Below, one piece after another: positions 35,839 to 36,751 of a DNA stretch of 36,751 bases. The first letter of the stretch is position 1. Each line of letters begins with the position of its first letter. The DNA is from Craspedostauros australis. Its lineage: Eukaryota. The position numbers and the translations under genes were made by a program. The stretch is taken from positions 1 to 36,751 of the forward strand of contig JALAGF010006081.1 of NCBI GenBank assembly GCA_030167865.1, read 5' to 3'. Under the pieces are notes generated by a model. The model was not told the origin of the DNA, did no database searches, and saw only the letters and a program-made list of their open reading frames with translations.

Positions 35839-36639
35839 TGTCGAGATGTACATGTGAGTATACGTCAAGATGTACGTGTATATGTGCATCGTTCACCCGC
35901 CATTCTCTCATACGCACTTGGACGGTATAACTACATTCGTGTCGATAGTATACTGTGATTCGTCAGAATTACAGGGGAAATGGAACACACGAAAAGAGGC
36001 AAGATTTCTGGAGGAAATTTGCAAATAACGATTTCTGGGAGAATCAGAAGATCGTCCGTCCATCCACCAATGGTACCAAGAGAATCTCGAGGTACTTCCC
36101 AACTAAACCTCAGATGATGATATCATCTGACAGGCTGCTGCATCACCAATGGAACATGACATCTGGAGAGCAGAAGGACGCCTACTGACGTCGACAGGAT
36201 GTCATCATGTCACCACGTCGACAGCTGTCTCCAAGTCAGAGCAGGAGGCAAAGATACAATGACCAAAGGGCATCAAGATCATGGATACAGAAGGTGAACT
36301 TCAAATGGTAAGCACTCATGGAGTAGGAACCAGTACTGAATGAACGGAGTGTTGAATGCGGAGTACGCATCGAACATGGAGTATCGCGTAGGACGAAGCA
36401 CACGATGCTGAGACAGAGAGAGAGAGAATACGAGAGAGCAGCAAGAGAGCATCTCGCACATTGACTCATAGTCGGAGACCGAATCTACGAAACAGATTGA
36501 AGCGCCAAGAGCATCGGGCAAGAGAATGAACGGACACCGAGAGGATCGGAGTGCCAACGTAATGAAATAGCAAACAAACGACTATCAACCGATACCATCT
36601 TCCACGATCGTAGGTCTCCGTGAGCGGAACTTGCCAACA
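35839..36639. mobile_element. Solo-LTR-like element, family D, 801 bp, 6-bp TSD GATGGG
   Basis: TGTCGAGA ... TGCCAACA, with GATGGG at 35833-35838 and 36640-36645. The RT frame resumes after it. Confidence 0.9.
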
Positions 36640-36669
36640 GATGGGTGGCGATGAGTTCACCGCTCATGA

Positions 36670-36751
36670 TGTCGAGATGTACATGTGAGTATATGTCAAG
36701 ATGTACGTGTATATGTGCATCGTTCACCCGTTATTCTCTCATACGCACTTG
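36670..36751. mobile_element. Second family D copy (partial, runs off window)
   Basis: Near-identical to 35839-35920, same orientation. Confidence 0.85.

Larger units (their letters stand above)
29883..36669 (+). mobile_element. Decayed non-LTR retrotransposon (Ambal-like LINE; ORF1 plus APE-RT ORF2), continues beyond the window
   Basis: APE motifs (IRIGALN, MFSE, SVYVP, LGGDIN, IDRIW, DHR) and RT motifs (SGPSG, RFRTISLVEADFN, EQYGSRK, AKSCYDR, LQGLGVSPAGW). Four nested insertions. Confidence 0.9.
33195..36669 (+). pseudogene. LINE ORF2 (AP endonuclease and reverse transcriptase), interrupted
   Basis: In-frame TGA at 34074-34076. The frame is restored across 34571-34735 (AHRRTFLEQRADEM) and 35839-36639 (SPAGWVAMSSPLM). 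Confidence 0.88.

Noticed and set aside
35839..36751. Paired LTRs of a TRIM-like retrotransposon
   Set aside because: The first copy closes at 36639 with a TSD, and the 30-bp spacer is LINE RT coding sequence.

Overview
Eukaryotic genomic DNA, most likely a diatom or related stramenopile. This is inferred from GT-AG introns, a bipartite plastid-targeting-like N-terminus and Ambal-like LINEs. A gene island at about 6.3-24.3 kb carries a plastid-type mTERF protein, an ABCG half-transporter, a Ctr copper transporter, an F-box-like hypothetical protein, a double-domain CaMK-type kinase, an atypical mitochondrial carrier and an S10 serine carboxypeptidase. Two nests of transposable elements flank it (1-6.2 kb and 25.3-36.75 kb). 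Each nest holds a decayed, outward-pointing non-LTR retrotransposon with a long ORF1. Each also holds many non-coding solo-LTR-like insertions: TG..CA elements with 6-bp target-site duplications (TSDs) and AGT..ACT elements with 5-bp TSDs. The most unusual observation is that both, strongly diverged, LINEs have their 5' ends joined in sense orientation to separate copies of the 3' end or 3' flank of the local ABCG gene. No RNA genes or CRISPR arrays were recognised. All alignments were done by eye and no database searches were run.
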